Assembly (NCBI GenBank): GCA_030158125.1
Contig: JAOATL010000001.1
Location: 206-64,205 of the forward strand
From: Limnohabitans sp.
GTDB lineage: Bacteria; Pseudomonadota; Gammaproteobacteria; Burkholderiales; Burkholderiaceae_C
Reading direction: 5' to 3'
Length of the DNA stretch: 64,000 bases
Shown piece by piece: positions 17,576-27,301 of this stretch. Under the pieces are notes generated by a model. That model was given only the letters and a program-made list of their open reading frames with translations. It did not search any database and was not told the DNA's origin. The position numbers and the translations under genes are program-made. Each line of letters opens with the position of its first letter. Position 1 is the first letter of the stretch.

Positions 17576-18355
17576 ATGTCCATCCTTCACATCTCTCAAG
17601 TTAGCAAAACATTCAACACGCAAGGTTCAGTGACACAAGCACTGACGGCTACCGACCTGACTGTTGAAGAAAATGATTTCATTACCATACTGGGGCCTTC
17701 TGGTTGCGGCAAATCGACTCTACTGCGGATGGTTGCGGGTCTAGATACGCCGTCATCGGGTGAAATAGAACTAGAAGGCGTTCGAGTCACTGGGCCTGGC
17801 CCTGATCGCGGCATGGTGTTTCAAAGCTACACCCTCTTCCCATGGCTGAACATTTTAGAAAACGTGTGTTTTGGATTGCGTGAAAAAGGCTTGCCTATTT
17901 CAGAGCAGCATGACATTGCGCATCAATTCTTAAAAAAAGTGGGCCTGCAAGACTTTGCAAATCACTATCCCAAACAACTGTCTGGTGGCATGCAGCAAAG
18001 AACTGCATTGGCACGTGCACTGGCCAATGACCCACGCATCTTGCTGATGGATGAACCCTTTGGCGCCCTCGACCATCAAACACGAGAATTGATGCAAGAG
18101 TTACTCCAGGATATTTGGCAATCCGAGAAAAAAACAGTTTTATTTGTCACCCACGACATTGATGAAGCCATCTTCATGGGAAATCGTGTCATGGTGATGA
18201 GTGCAAGGCCAGGTCGCATCAAATGCGATTTACCTATTGCCCTACCCTACCCTCGCCATTATTCGGTCAAGACTTCCCCAATGTTTTCAGAACTCAAAGC
18301 CAGGCTGACAGAAGAAATTCGCATTGAAGTTAGGCGAGCAAGCGGGCTCGAATAA
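17576..18355 (+). CDS. NitT/TauT-family ABC ATPase
   Basis: [32 protein letters not shown]. Confidence 0.95.
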   Translation: MSILHISQVSKTFNTQGSVTQALTATDLTVEENDFITILGPSGCGKSTLLRMVAGLDTPSSGEIELEGVRVTGPGPDRGMVFQSYTLFPWLNILENVCFGLREKGLPISEQHDIAHQFLKKVGLQDFANHYPKQLSGGMQQRTALARALANDPRILLMDEPFGALDHQTRELMQELLQDIWQSEKKTVLFVTHDIDEAIFMGNRVMVMSARPGRIKCDLPIALPYPRHYSVKTSPMFSELKARLTEEIRIEVRRASGLE

Positions 18356-18399
18356 GTCACGGTGACAGTTGTTGTGTTCTTGCTTTGAAGGCGCTAATC

Positions 18400-19953
18400 A
18401 TGATTTCATCTACAAGTCACCCATTGGTTTTAACGCCAGGACACCTAACGATTGAGCAACTGAAGTTAATTCATCAGAATCAGCAGTTCATTGCATTGCA
18501 AGATGGCTGCAGACCGGCCATTCGCAAGAGTCAACTGTTGGTGGAAGCTTATGCCAATGGTGATGACCCCGTATACGGTGTCAACACCGGTTTTGGCAAA
18601 CTGGCCAACCAACGAATTAACAAAGCGCAACTGCAGACCTTGCAGCTGAACTTAATTCGCTCACACAGCGTGGGTGTAGGTGAGCCTCTTTCTGCACCCA
18701 TCATTCGACTCATGATGGCAACCAAAGCAGCCAGCTTGGCACGCGGCCATTCAGGTGTTAGAGACATCGTCATCGATACGCTATTAGCTGTTCACAATGC
18801 AGGTTTGATACCTGACGTACCTTCGCAAGGCTCTGTCGGTGCATCTGGTGATTTGGCGCCGCTTGCGCACATGACATTGGCATTACTCGGAGAAGGTTAT
18901 ATCTGGGTCAATGGCATCAAAAGGCCTGCACTTGATGCACTCAATGAGGCGGGCATTGCACCCTTAACCTTAGAAGCCAAGGAGGGTTTGGCCCTCATCA
19001 ACGGCACCCAAACATCAACTGCATTGGCTTTGCATGCCCTCTTTCGTTTTGAACCTGTATTTGATGCCGGTTTGCTGATTGGCGCTCTTACCATCGATGC
19101 TACGCGCGGCAGTGATGGGCCTTTCGACGCACGTATTCACGAATTACGCGGACAACTCGGACAAATTGAAGTGGCCAGGGTGTACCGAAATCTACTGATT
19201 GGCAGTGAGATCAGAAACTCACACCGCGAAGGCGATGATCGGGTACAAGACCCTTACTGCCTCAGATGTCAGCCACAAGTGGTGGGTGCCTGCCTTGATC
19301 AAATCAAGCACGCCATAAAAATCTTAACCATCGAAGCGAATGCAGTCACAGACAATCCACTTGTCTTTGCCGACGACGGCGTGATGTTGTCTGGCGGTAA
19401 TTTTCATGCTGAACCGGTTGCGCTTGCTGCCGATGGCCTGGCGTTGGCCATTGCAGAAATTGGGGCAATAGCAGAAAGACGCATTGCCATGCTGATTGAC
19501 AGCAATGTTTCGCAACTTCCCCCCTTCTTAACCAAAGATGCGGGACTTAACAGTGGCTTCATGATTGCTCATGTGACCGCTGCTTCCCTAGCATCAGAGA
19601 ACAAGTCATTGGCACATCCTGCTAGCGTGGACAGCTTGCCTACCAGCGCAAACCAAGAAGACCATGTCAGCATGGCCACCTTTGCAGCAAGGCGTCTGCA
19701 AAGCATGGTTAGCAATACGGCTTATATCCTCAGTATTGAGTGGCTGGCTGCTGCACAGGGCATAGAGTTTCTGAGGCCTTTGCAAACTTCAGAAGCGCTA
19801 GAAAATGCAATGAGTATTTTGAGAAAGCAAGTTTCATTCATGGATCAAGATCGTTGGTTATCACCTGATATTGAGGCAGCGGCCATCCTAGTCAACAGCG
19901 GGCAGCTTTCTAAACTCTTGCCAAATTTTCATTTAGTTGAAGAGATGCATTGA
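18400..19953 (+). CDS. hutH: Histidine ammonia-lyase
   Basis: [16 protein letters not shown] (His-specific SH), MIO motif [25 protein letters not shown]. Confidence 0.96.
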   Translation: MISSTSHPLVLTPGHLTIEQLKLIHQNQQFIALQDGCRPAIRKSQLLVEAYANGDDPVYGVNTGFGKLANQRINKAQLQTLQLNLIRSHSVGVGEPLSAPIIRLMMATKAASLARGHSGVRDIVIDTLLAVHNAGLIPDVPSQGSVGASGDLAPLAHMTLALLGEGYIWVNGIKRPALDALNEAGIAPLTLEAKEGLALINGTQTSTALALHALFRFEPVFDAGLLIGALTIDATRGSDGPFDARIHELRGQLGQIEVARVYRNLLIGSEIRNSHREGDDRVQDPYCLRCQPQVVGACLDQIKHAIKILTIEANAVTDNPLVFADDGVMLSGGNFHAEPVALAADGLALAIAEIGAIAERRIAMLIDSNVSQLPPFLTKDAGLNSGFMIAHVTAASLASENKSLAHPASVDSLPTSANQEDHVSMATFAARRLQSMVSNTAYILSIEWLAAAQGIEFLRPLQTSEALENAMSILRKQVSFMDQDRWLSPDIEAAAILVNSGQLSKLLPNFHLVEEMH

Positions 19954-19984
19954 GCTGCAAATAAAAACCAACGTAAAACGCAGC

Positions 19985-20737
19985 TCACCGAGACAAGTCA
20001 ATGTTGTACCTGAACATCGCCGGGTTGTAGATACTTTGCTCGCAATGCAAGGCTTGTTCGTCATGGGCAAACACTGTTTTTTCCACTTTCAGAACAGCAG
20101 CAGGCGATGTCAAACCCAACTGTTGAATTTGCACTGGCGTTGCCAAAGCAGAGGTAATTTCTACAGAGGCACGCGCCAACCGAATGCCATGTGTTGCTTC
20201 GTAAAGCGTTAGCAAGTCGGCTGTTTCCAATGAATCGCGTGTCAAGCCTTTCGCCGCCATTGGGTTAAGCCAGATGTGATTGATAGACAAAGGCTTGTTG
20301 TCCACGTAGCGCAAAGTTTGAAGTGCCATGCAGTGCTGTTTAGCGCCTAACCCCAAAAGGGTACGAATGCTTGGCGGGGCTTGTAATTTTTTCCACATGA
20401 GCACCTGCGTACGCACTTGCATCCCCTGATGCCCCAATGCTTCGGTCAAACCTTGCAATCGCGTGAGCTCCTGCCGCACTTTTCCTGGAGAAACAAACGC
20501 GCCTTTTCCTTGCATTCGGACGATCAATCCTTCTGCAGTTAGATCGGCCAGGGCTTGGCGCACGGTGATGCGACTCACGCCATGCATTTTCCCCAGTTCA
20601 TTTTCACTGGGCAATTGATCTCCCGTTTTCAAATCTCCAGCATGAATTTGACTGCGAATGAACTCACGCAATTGACTGCTAAGGGTCAAGCCAGCATCAC
20701 TTAGATTCGCAGGAACGATTTTTGCTTTACTTGTCAT
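19985..20737 (-). CDS. GntR-family regulator, HutC/UTRA subfamily
   Basis: LPSE.EL...GVSRITVRQAL..L..EGLI.R.QGKGAFV followed by a UTRA-like domain. Confidence 0.9.
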   Translation of the reverse strand: MTSKAKIVPANLSDAGLTLSSQLREFIRSQIHAGDLKTGDQLPSENELGKMHGVSRITVRQALADLTAEGLIVRMQGKGAFVSPGKVRQELTRLQGLTEALGHQGMQVRTQVLMWKKLQAPPSIRTLLGLGAKQHCMALQTLRYVDNKPLSINHIWLNPMAAKGLTRDSLETADLLTLYEATHGIRLARASVEITSALATPVQIQQLGLTSPAAVLKVEKTVFAHDEQALHCEQSIYNPAMFRYNIDLSR

Positions 20738-20738
20738 G

Positions 20739-20754
20739 ACATGTTATAACGTGT
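20739..20754. promoter_or_regulatory. Putative GntR (HutC-subfamily) operator ACATGTTATAACGTGT
   Basis: Near-perfect 16-bp palindrome with GT-N-TA-N-AC core between the divergent regulator and the bug gene. Confidence 0.7.
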
Positions 20755-20802
20755 TGATCGCTCGCCATTTTGGTGCCTTTTCCTTCAGACTAGGAGTTTC
20801 TG

Positions 20803-21795
20803 ATGCCCTCTTTTGGTTTTCCAACCCGCCGTTCGGCGCTTGCCCTGTTGATTGCAGTAACCAGTACCGTTGCTTCTGCGCAAGTTGCAAATTATCCAAG
20901 CAAACCCGTCACCGTGATTGTGCCATTCGCAGCAGGCGGCAGCGTTGACTCTGCTGCACGTGTGGTGCTGCAATCCTTGAGTGAACGAACCAAACAATCC
21001 TTTGTTGTAGAAAATGTGGCGGGCGCCGCAGGCACGATTGGTACGCAAAAAGTTGTGCGCGCAAACAACGATGGTTATACATTGTTGTTTGCAGTTGCCA
21101 GTCCAATCAATGTTGCACCCGTGGTGAAACCATCGATGGTTCAATACAACGCGCTTAAAGAGCTCACACCCATTGCCACTGTCGCCAGTTCCCCCTTTGT
21201 GCTCATTGCAAACAACAAGCTGCCAGCCAACAATGCCGCTGAATTGTTGGCCCTGGCCAAAAAAGAACCCGGTAAATTGAATTACGGCACAGACGGCGTT
21301 GGCACGTCTATGCATCTGACCGCTGAAATAATCAAGCTCAACGCTGGCATTGATGTGCTACACGTGCCCTACAAAAACGGCCCACAAGTCCTGACCGAAT
21401 TGTCTGCAGGCCTAATCGAACTTGCTGTGATGCCCATTTCACTGGCGCAGCCATTTATCAAGGACGGAAAAGTCAAGGCAATCGGTGTGACTTCCAAAAA
21501 CAGATGGCCATCTATGCCCAGCATACCTGCGCTGTCTGAAACACAAGGTCTTCAAAAGTTGGACGAAGATTCTTGGTATGGCATGCTTGCGCCTGCTGGG
21601 ACACCCGCGGCCATCGTTGAGAAAATTGCCACGGCTTTGCGTGATGCTTTAAAAGATCCCGTCTTGGTAGAAAAAATGACGCAAGCAGGACTTAAGCCCA
21701 TGAGCGTTGATGGCGCGGCGTTTGCCAACCTCTTGCAAAAAGAGCGGGACAACCTGGTCGCTGCCGTTAAAGCAGCGGGCATCAAGCCGGAATAA
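20803..21795 (+). CDS. Bug/TctC tripartite tricarboxylate transporter binding protein
   Basis: YPSKPVTVIVPFAAGGSVD, VVENVAGAAG.IG, HVPYK.G; AGGAG RBS. Confidence 0.93.
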   Translation: MPSFGFPTRRSALALLIAVTSTVASAQVANYPSKPVTVIVPFAAGGSVDSAARVVLQSLSERTKQSFVVENVAGAAGTIGTQKVVRANNDGYTLLFAVASPINVAPVVKPSMVQYNALKELTPIATVASSPFVLIANNKLPANNAAELLALAKKEPGKLNYGTDGVGTSMHLTAEIIKLNAGIDVLHVPYKNGPQVLTELSAGLIELAVMPISLAQPFIKDGKVKAIGVTSKNRWPSMPSIPALSETQGLQKLDEDSWYGMLAPAGTPAAIVEKIATALRDALKDPVLVEKMTQAGLKPMSVDGAAFANLLQKERDNLVAAVKAAGIKPE

Positions 21796-21797
21796 GC

Positions 21798-22544
21798 ATG
21801 CTGGCGTTGATAGGCGGATGGTTGCTGATAGTCTTGGCGGGAATTGCCATTGGCGCCACTTCCATTGGCGGGGTGATTGTGGTCCCGGCACTCACAGCCC
21901 TGTTGGCAATGACTTTGCCAACGGCGCTGGCCGTGTCCAGTTTGGCTTTTCTGGCCACAGGGCTTTGGGCCCTCCTGCATGAAAAGTCAAACAGCCTGTC
22001 AACTTTGTTGGCCAATGCACCGCTTATGATGTCGGCGTTGGTCGGTGCGTTCATGGGTGCGTACGGCGCGGACCTTGTGCCAATCCAATGGGGCCGATTG
22101 TGGGTAGGATGCCTGGCACTGGCCTCGGGCATCTACAGCCTGCTTCAAATGAAGCAAGGGGATGTCAATACCGCACACCATCATTGGCCCTCAAAGGTTG
22201 CTCAAGTAGGCATTGGCTTTTTTGTTGGTGCAGGGTCGTCCCTCTCGGGTACGGGTGGACCTGTTCTTTTGTTGCCATTTTTAAGCCTCACACAGCGTCC
22301 CATTGAGCGCTCGATTGCAACCGCACAATTGATACAAATTCCAATTGCACTTGCGGCTTCCGCTGCACACTTATCCGCAAATCGGATCAATTGGGAGATG
22401 AGCTTTTTGGTGGCATTTTTTCTGCTGAGTGGCGCGGTGCTTGGAAAGAAATTATCGCAACGATACGCCATCCGTGTACTGAAAATTATCACGTCTGTTC
22501 TGCTGATCATCACAGGCGTCTGGTTTTTGTTTCCTGCAAATTGA
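21798..22544 (+). CDS. TauE/SafE-family membrane protein
   Basis: G.T.IGG..VVP motif repeated as G.GGPV.L.P; 8 predicted TM segments. Confidence 0.85.
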   Translation: MLALIGGWLLIVLAGIAIGATSIGGVIVVPALTALLAMTLPTALAVSSLAFLATGLWALLHEKSNSLSTLLANAPLMMSALVGAFMGAYGADLVPIQWGRLWVGCLALASGIYSLLQMKQGDVNTAHHHWPSKVAQVGIGFFVGAGSSLSGTGGPVLLLPFLSLTQRPIERSIATAQLIQIPIALAASAAHLSANRINWEMSFLVAFFLLSGAVLGKKLSQRYAIRVLKIITSVLLIITGVWFLFPAN

Positions 22545-22558
22545 CACACTCTCACCTC

Positions 22559-23941
22559 ATGAACAATTTAGACGTCTTGCAAGCCAACGAGTTATTGCTC
22601 AAACCTGAACTGACATTGCTTGATGAAATACCTCAAGCCGGTATGGGCATCGTGGTGCGTCAGGGCCGGTTTACAGACCTGGGGTTGTTTGCAGAAGTTC
22701 AATCCCGACATCCGCACTTGAAGGCCATTGAACTGCCGGGTCGATTGCTCATGCCTGGTTTCATCGACACCCATAACCATCTCACACAGTCCTATGGCAA
22801 GGCCTTGGCATTTGGCGAGCCCTCGGAAATTTTCAAGCGAATCTGGGTGCCACTTGAACAGCACCTCACAGTTGAAGACTTAGAAATTTCAGCTCAGTTA
22901 TCTGCTTTCGAATCGATGCGTGGTGGCTTCACCACTGTTTGTGACGCGGGCACTCGCTCGGAGGCTGGGCTAGAGGCCATTGAGACAGCGGTCAATACCG
23001 TTGGTATGCGATGTGTTCTTTCAAAGATTTGTCACGATCTGGGGCAAAGTCCAGCACAAACAAGTGAGCTAGAAAAACAAGCATCACAGCATTTAGCGCG
23101 TTACCCATCCGATGGCTTGATCCATCCTTCATTGGCCATCGCCATTCCAGAAGCAGCCTCTGATCACATGCTCCACACGGTGTCCCATCTTTGCCGCGAA
23201 TCTGGTGTGGCATTTCAGGTCCATGTCAACGAACATGTTGCCTCAGTTGAACGCTCCTTGGTGACTCGCGGAAGGCGGCCGCTTGAAGTGCTGCAGCATG
23301 CGAACGCGTTGGGTCCAGAATTGCTCGCTGCACACGTTACCCTTGTGACGCCCAATGAGTTGAAGATGTTGAAAGACAAGGGATCAGCAGTCAGTTACAA
23401 CCCTGTCGCCAGCAGTTGGAAAGGAAACGCAGTTGCACCCGCATTACAAATGGCCACGATGGGCATCCGAATTGGACTGGGTACAGACGGGACAAGAGGT
23501 GACGGTTTTAGATTGCTCGATGCTGCAGAAACGGCTCAACGCCTTACCCTGGGCATGAGTGTTGCCGACTTTTCTGTGGGTGCTGGATGGACATGGTTGG
23601 CAATGGCCAGTGCATGGGGCGCCGATGCGGCGCACCTCAGCCATGTAACGGGCAAAATCGCAACAGGTTTGCAAGCTGACTTCTTGCTGGTTGACATCAA
23701 TGTGCCCGAGTTAAAACCTTCGTGGGACTTGGGCTGGGAATTGGTTCGATTGGCCAACAGAAGCCAAATTGAAGCTGTCTTTGTACAAGGGAAAATGCGA
23801 CTATGGCAAGGCTGGCCCCTTGATTGGGATGCAAAAGCTTTGATGCAAAAGGCCCAAGAACGTGCAAGCATTGCAGTCAATGCTGCGCCCATCCAAAGAA
23901 TTCACCCAACTTCAGCCAATGCCAGACACCCAAATACATGA
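22559..23941 (+). CDS. Metal-dependent amidohydrolase/deaminase (AtzA/MtaD/SsnA-like), substrate unknown
   Basis: PGFIDTHNH (HxH), HVNE (HxxE), AAH, GLGTDG, G.QADF; probable start 22559. Confidence 0.88.
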   Translation: MNNLDVLQANELLLKPELTLLDEIPQAGMGIVVRQGRFTDLGLFAEVQSRHPHLKAIELPGRLLMPGFIDTHNHLTQSYGKALAFGEPSEIFKRIWVPLEQHLTVEDLEISAQLSAFESMRGGFTTVCDAGTRSEAGLEAIETAVNTVGMRCVLSKICHDLGQSPAQTSELEKQASQHLARYPSDGLIHPSLAIAIPEAASDHMLHTVSHLCRESGVAFQVHVNEHVASVERSLVTRGRRPLEVLQHANALGPELLAAHVTLVTPNELKMLKDKGSAVSYNPVASSWKGNAVAPALQMATMGIRIGLGTDGTRGDGFRLLDAAETAQRLTLGMSVADFSVGAGWTWLAMASAWGADAAHLSHVTGKIATGLQADFLLVDINVPELKPSWDLGWELVRLANRSQIEAVFVQGKMRLWQGWPLDWDAKALMQKAQERASIAVNAAPIQRIHPTSANARHPNT

Positions 23942-23978
23942 TTGGCTCATGGGCGCTTTATTCACTCTTTGAATTGTT

Positions 23979-24695
23979 TTAAGCAAGGCTTCTCCCCTCC
24001 CCTCGCTCCTCGTGTGTTTCCCCGTCTCGGATGTGATAAATGCGTTCAAATGTGGGAATGATTTTTTCGTCGTGTGTCACCACAATGATGGCGGTGTTGG
24101 CCTGCTTGGCCATTGCATGAAGGATGCGCATCACCCCCAGCGCGCGTTCGCTGTCTAGGGGTGCTGTGGGCTCATCTGCCAAGATAACAGGTGGCCGATT
24201 GGCCAATGCCCTGGCGATCGACACCCTTTGTTGTTCGCCGCCTGACAATTGAGATGGCGCAGCCTTGGCGCGGTGCACCACATCCAACGCAGTGAGCAAC
24301 TCGATGGCACGAAGTCTGGCCTGCGCATTGGGCACACCTGCCAGCATGGGCAGCAGGGCAACGTTGTCCATGACGTCTAGAAATGGAATGAGGTAAGGCG
24401 CTTGAAAAACAAAGCCGATGCGATCTCTGCGCAAGGCACGCAAATCTGGCAGGATCCAGCCATTGTCATAAATGAGCTCATCACCCAAGGTCATTCGGCC
24501 TGAAGTCGGCTCGATGATAGCGCCCAAGCACTTCAGCAAGGTACTCTTGCCGGAACCAGAAGGGCCAACCAGCCCAACCACTTCTCCCGGCGCGACTTTC
24601 ATGTTGACGTTTTTCAAAGCCTCAACCGCGGTGTCACCGTGACCATAGACTTTTCTCAAATTTTCAATGGTGATGCCACCCGATGCATAGTTCAT
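23979..24695 (-). CDS. ABC exporter ATPase (MacB/LolD-like)
   Basis: GPSGSGKST, GFVFQ, LSGGEQQR, LADEPT, VTHD; start MNYASGG at 24695. Confidence 0.92.
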   Translation of the reverse strand: MNYASGGITIENLRKVYGHGDTAVEALKNVNMKVAPGEVVGLVGPSGSGKSTLLKCLGAIIEPTSGRMTLGDELIYDNGWILPDLRALRRDRIGFVFQAPYLIPFLDVMDNVALLPMLAGVPNAQARLRAIELLTALDVVHRAKAAPSQLSGGEQQRVSIARALANRPPVILADEPTAPLDSERALGVMRILHAMAKQANTAIIVVTHDEKIIPTFERIYHIRDGETHEERGEGRSLA

Positions 24696-24705
24696 GACTG
24701 GCCCC

Positions 24706-25917
24706 TTATCCAATGGCCTGCGCCGGATCAACACGCAATGCTGCACGAATTGCCAAGGTGCTGGCAAGTGCGCAGATCAACATCGTGAGCACAAAACCAA
24801 GCAGTGCATCTTGGTTCAGCAACAACACAAACTTCGGAAAAATCGGGGCCCAAAATGTTGCGGACACTTTGCCGACGACAAACCCAATCACACCCAATCC
24901 CAAAGCTTGCTGCAAAATCATCCAAGCAATGGTGGCGTTGGTCGTTCCAATCAACTTGAGCACGGCAATTTCTCTGATCTTGCCAAGCGTCATGGTGTAA
25001 ATGATGAAAGCCACAATGGCAGCGCTGACAATGGCGAGAATGACCAAGAACATGCCAATTTGCTTGGCTGAAGTGGCTATCAGTTTTTTCACCAAAATGT
25101 CTTCCATGTCCGCACGGGTATAAACCGTCAAGTGCTTCCAACGCTGAATAGGCTCTGCCACAAGCGAGGGATGCCAACCCGGTAATACGCGAACCAAAAC
25201 AGCATTCACATTTCGACTACTGGTTTGCAAATTTTGAACGGCCTCCAGCAATCCTGGCACCGATGGCCGATTGAAGGCGGGGTTGGCGGCGGTGCGCAGC
25301 CGGTCGTTCACCACGGCGTCGTTGTCTTTCAAAAATTGAGCTTCTTGCGCATCTTTAAGCGGTATGAAAACCATGGGATCGCCGCCCGAGGACACCATTC
25401 TTTGGGTCAAACCCACTACCTCGTAAACGTGCCGTCGTATTTGAATTCGATCGCCCAAAGCAAATCCTGTTTTGACGTCGGCAACGGCTTCGTAATGACT
25501 GCGAGCCAGGTGTCTACCCGCTACTAAATAAGCAGGCTGCCCCGGCAATTGCAATGCGTTGGGCTCGATGCCCACAACCATGCTGCGTGTTTCGCGCGCA
25601 TCGCTGGTCTTTAACACTTTCACCTGCATGGTGAAATAAGTGATGTTGGCCGCCTGCGCCACACCAGGCATAGCCACAACGCTACGCAAAATATCATCTT
25701 TTAAACTTGAGGCCTCGGCATAGGGCCCTTGTGTGTCTTTCTGCACCAGCCACAGGTCAGCGCCACTGTTTGTAAGCAGTGCTTGTGCATCATCGACCAT
25801 GCCTCGAAACACACCCGCCATGGTGAGGGTGACCCCAATCAACAAACCAAGGCCGATACCTGTCAACACGAACTTGGCCCAGTTGTGGCCAATGTCCCTG
25901 GCTGCCAGACTGATCAT
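24706..25917 (-). CDS. ABC permease, FtsX/MacB-like
   Basis: N-terminal TM, large periplasmic loop, 3 C-terminal TMs; K.REIAVLKLIG; A.RVDPA end. Confidence 0.9.
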   Translation of the reverse strand: MISLAARDIGHNWAKFVLTGIGLGLLIGVTLTMAGVFRGMVDDAQALLTNSGADLWLVQKDTQGPYAEASSLKDDILRSVVAMPGVAQAANITYFTMQVKVLKTSDARETRSMVVGIEPNALQLPGQPAYLVAGRHLARSHYEAVADVKTGFALGDRIQIRRHVYEVVGLTQRMVSSGGDPMVFIPLKDAQEAQFLKDNDAVVNDRLRTAANPAFNRPSVPGLLEAVQNLQTSSRNVNAVLVRVLPGWHPSLVAEPIQRWKHLTVYTRADMEDILVKKLIATSAKQIGMFLVILAIVSAAIVAFIIYTMTLGKIREIAVLKLIGTTNATIAWMILQQALGLGVIGFVVGKVSATFWAPIFPKFVLLLNQDALLGFVLTMLICALASTLAIRAALRVDPAQAIG

Positions 25918-27110
25918 GGTTGCGCTTTCTTGACCAACGCACTGACCCGCTTAAAACGCGTATTGGGCGTCAAAGATTTTTCTGTGTAGACAACCACTTC
26001 ATCATCGATTTTCAAACCTTGACGGACCTGAACCCAGCCATCCAAACTGAATGCACCCAACTCAACATCGACAAACTCAAGTTGATTGGCGTGAAGTTTC
26101 CAAACCCCGGACCGTCCTTGATACTGCTGAACACTGGCTTGCGGTATTTGCAAAGTGGGCGCAGTGGCCATCAGACTTAAAGTAAGCTCGGCCGTATCAC
26201 CCATTGAAACATTGGCAGGTAAATGATCAAACGACACTTGTGCAATTCGTTCTTCTGTCACAGCATCAGACTGCCATTCCACACGAGCCACTTTGCCTGC
26301 CAATGTTTGATGTGGATTTGCGCGCAAGACAATGCTAGCGGGCAATCCAACAGCCAAGCCCAGTGATCTCCCCTGATCTATGCGCATTCTGACCCACAGA
26401 CTCTGGGGCTGCGCCAAACGCAGCACGGCTTGCCCGGCCACAACGGTACTCCCTGCTTCGGCATCCCGGCTGATCACGACAGCATCGGCTGGCGCCAACA
26501 AGCGCATGGACTGACGTTGCAGAGCCGCAGCATGCTTGTCGGCCTGAATTTTTTGAATGTCTTGCAAGGCAGAAATCAAATTGGCCTGCGACACCTTGAA
26601 GCCAGCATTGGCAGAGACCCATTCTTGCTCCCGGCTTTCTAGCGCACCCTGACTGATAAAGCTTTGTTGAGCGAGATCTTTTTGACGCAGCCAATTGGCA
26701 TTGGCCACGGCACGCCGCATTTGTGCGTCTTCAAGTTGCGCTTGAACAGTGGCCAATACACTTTCAGCTTTGGCCAGGGCAGCTTCTTGGCTTTTGACAC
26801 GCTGATCAAGGTCTAACGGGTCCATCTCTGCCAGCAATTGGCCTGCTTTCACATGCTGACCGACCGTGACATGAACGCGCAGCACGCGACTTGCCGCCAG
26901 AGGTCCCAACAACCAGCTCTGTTGCGCCTCGACAGTACCGACACCATAAATAGAAGGTGTTAGCGCTTTATTTTCTACGCGCGCAGATGTGATTTGGACG
27001 GGCGCCAAAGGTCCCATCCGAAATGCAACAAATGAAAGCAAAGACAACAAGGCCAGCCCGACAAATGCCACGGCGATGTGTTTTGGCGTCAGCTGTGGGA
27101 GTTTTTTCAT
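25914..27110 (-). CDS. Efflux periplasmic adaptor subunit (MacA/HlyD family)
   Basis: N-terminal membrane anchor, V.VGQ.VKAGQLLA lipoyl half, alpha-helical hairpin, L.AP.DAVV..R. Confidence 0.9.
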   Translation of the reverse strand: MKKLPQLTPKHIAVAFVGLALLSLLSFVAFRMGPLAPVQITSARVENKALTPSIYGVGTVEAQQSWLLGPLAASRVLRVHVTVGQHVKAGQLLAEMDPLDLDQRVKSQEAALAKAESVLATVQAQLEDAQMRRAVANANWLRQKDLAQQSFISQGALESREQEWVSANAGFKVSQANLISALQDIQKIQADKHAAALQRQSMRLLAPADAVVISRDAEAGSTVVAGQAVLRLAQPQSLWVRMRIDQGRSLGLAVGLPASIVLRANPHQTLAGKVARVEWQSDAVTEERIAQVSFDHLPANVSMGDTAELTLSLMATAPTLQIPQASVQQYQGRSGVWKLHANQLEFVDVELGAFSLDGWVQVRQGLKIDDEVVVYTEKSLTPNTRFKRVSALVKKAQP

Positions 27111-27162
27111 GCGATCTTTCTATGGGCAGAACAACGTGCTGTCAGTGGAACAGCATGCGTTG

Positions 27163-27203
27163 ATTGTGCAGACATCGCCTGAAAAACACTTGACTTAAGT
27201 CAA
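27163..27203 (-). promoter_or_regulatory. FNR/CRP-type box TTGAC-TTAA-GTCAA with downstream -10-like CACAAT
   Basis: Perfect 14-bp palindrome at 27190-27203; CACAAT on the minus strand at 27168-27163 puts the box centre at about -41, the class II activator geometry. Confidence 0.65.
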
Positions 27204-27243
27204 ACTCCCATCCGTGCCACCCCATCAGTCCACTGGACCAGCG

Positions 27244-27283
27244 TTAATTGGGGTCATTAATTGGGGTCAGATCACAATTAATT
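27244..27283. repeat. Tandem 13-bp direct repeat TTAATTGGGGTCA x2 plus TTAATTG/CAATTAA inverted arms
   Basis: Copies at 27244-56 and 27257-69; inverted arms span 27257-27281. Confidence 0.6.
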
Positions 27284-27301
27284 GGCAATGCTTAGAGCAC
27301 T

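Noticed and set aside
18400-19953. Ergothionase or other non-histidine lyase, given the nearby TauE gene
   Set aside because: It retains the ASG MIO triad and the His-specific SH motif within a full hut cluster, so it is a standard HutH.
27107-27175. 22-codon ORF (MSAQSTHAVPLTARCSAHRKIA) overlapping the adaptor start
   Set aside because: No RBS or family motif, and its ATG lies upstream of the predicted transcription start.
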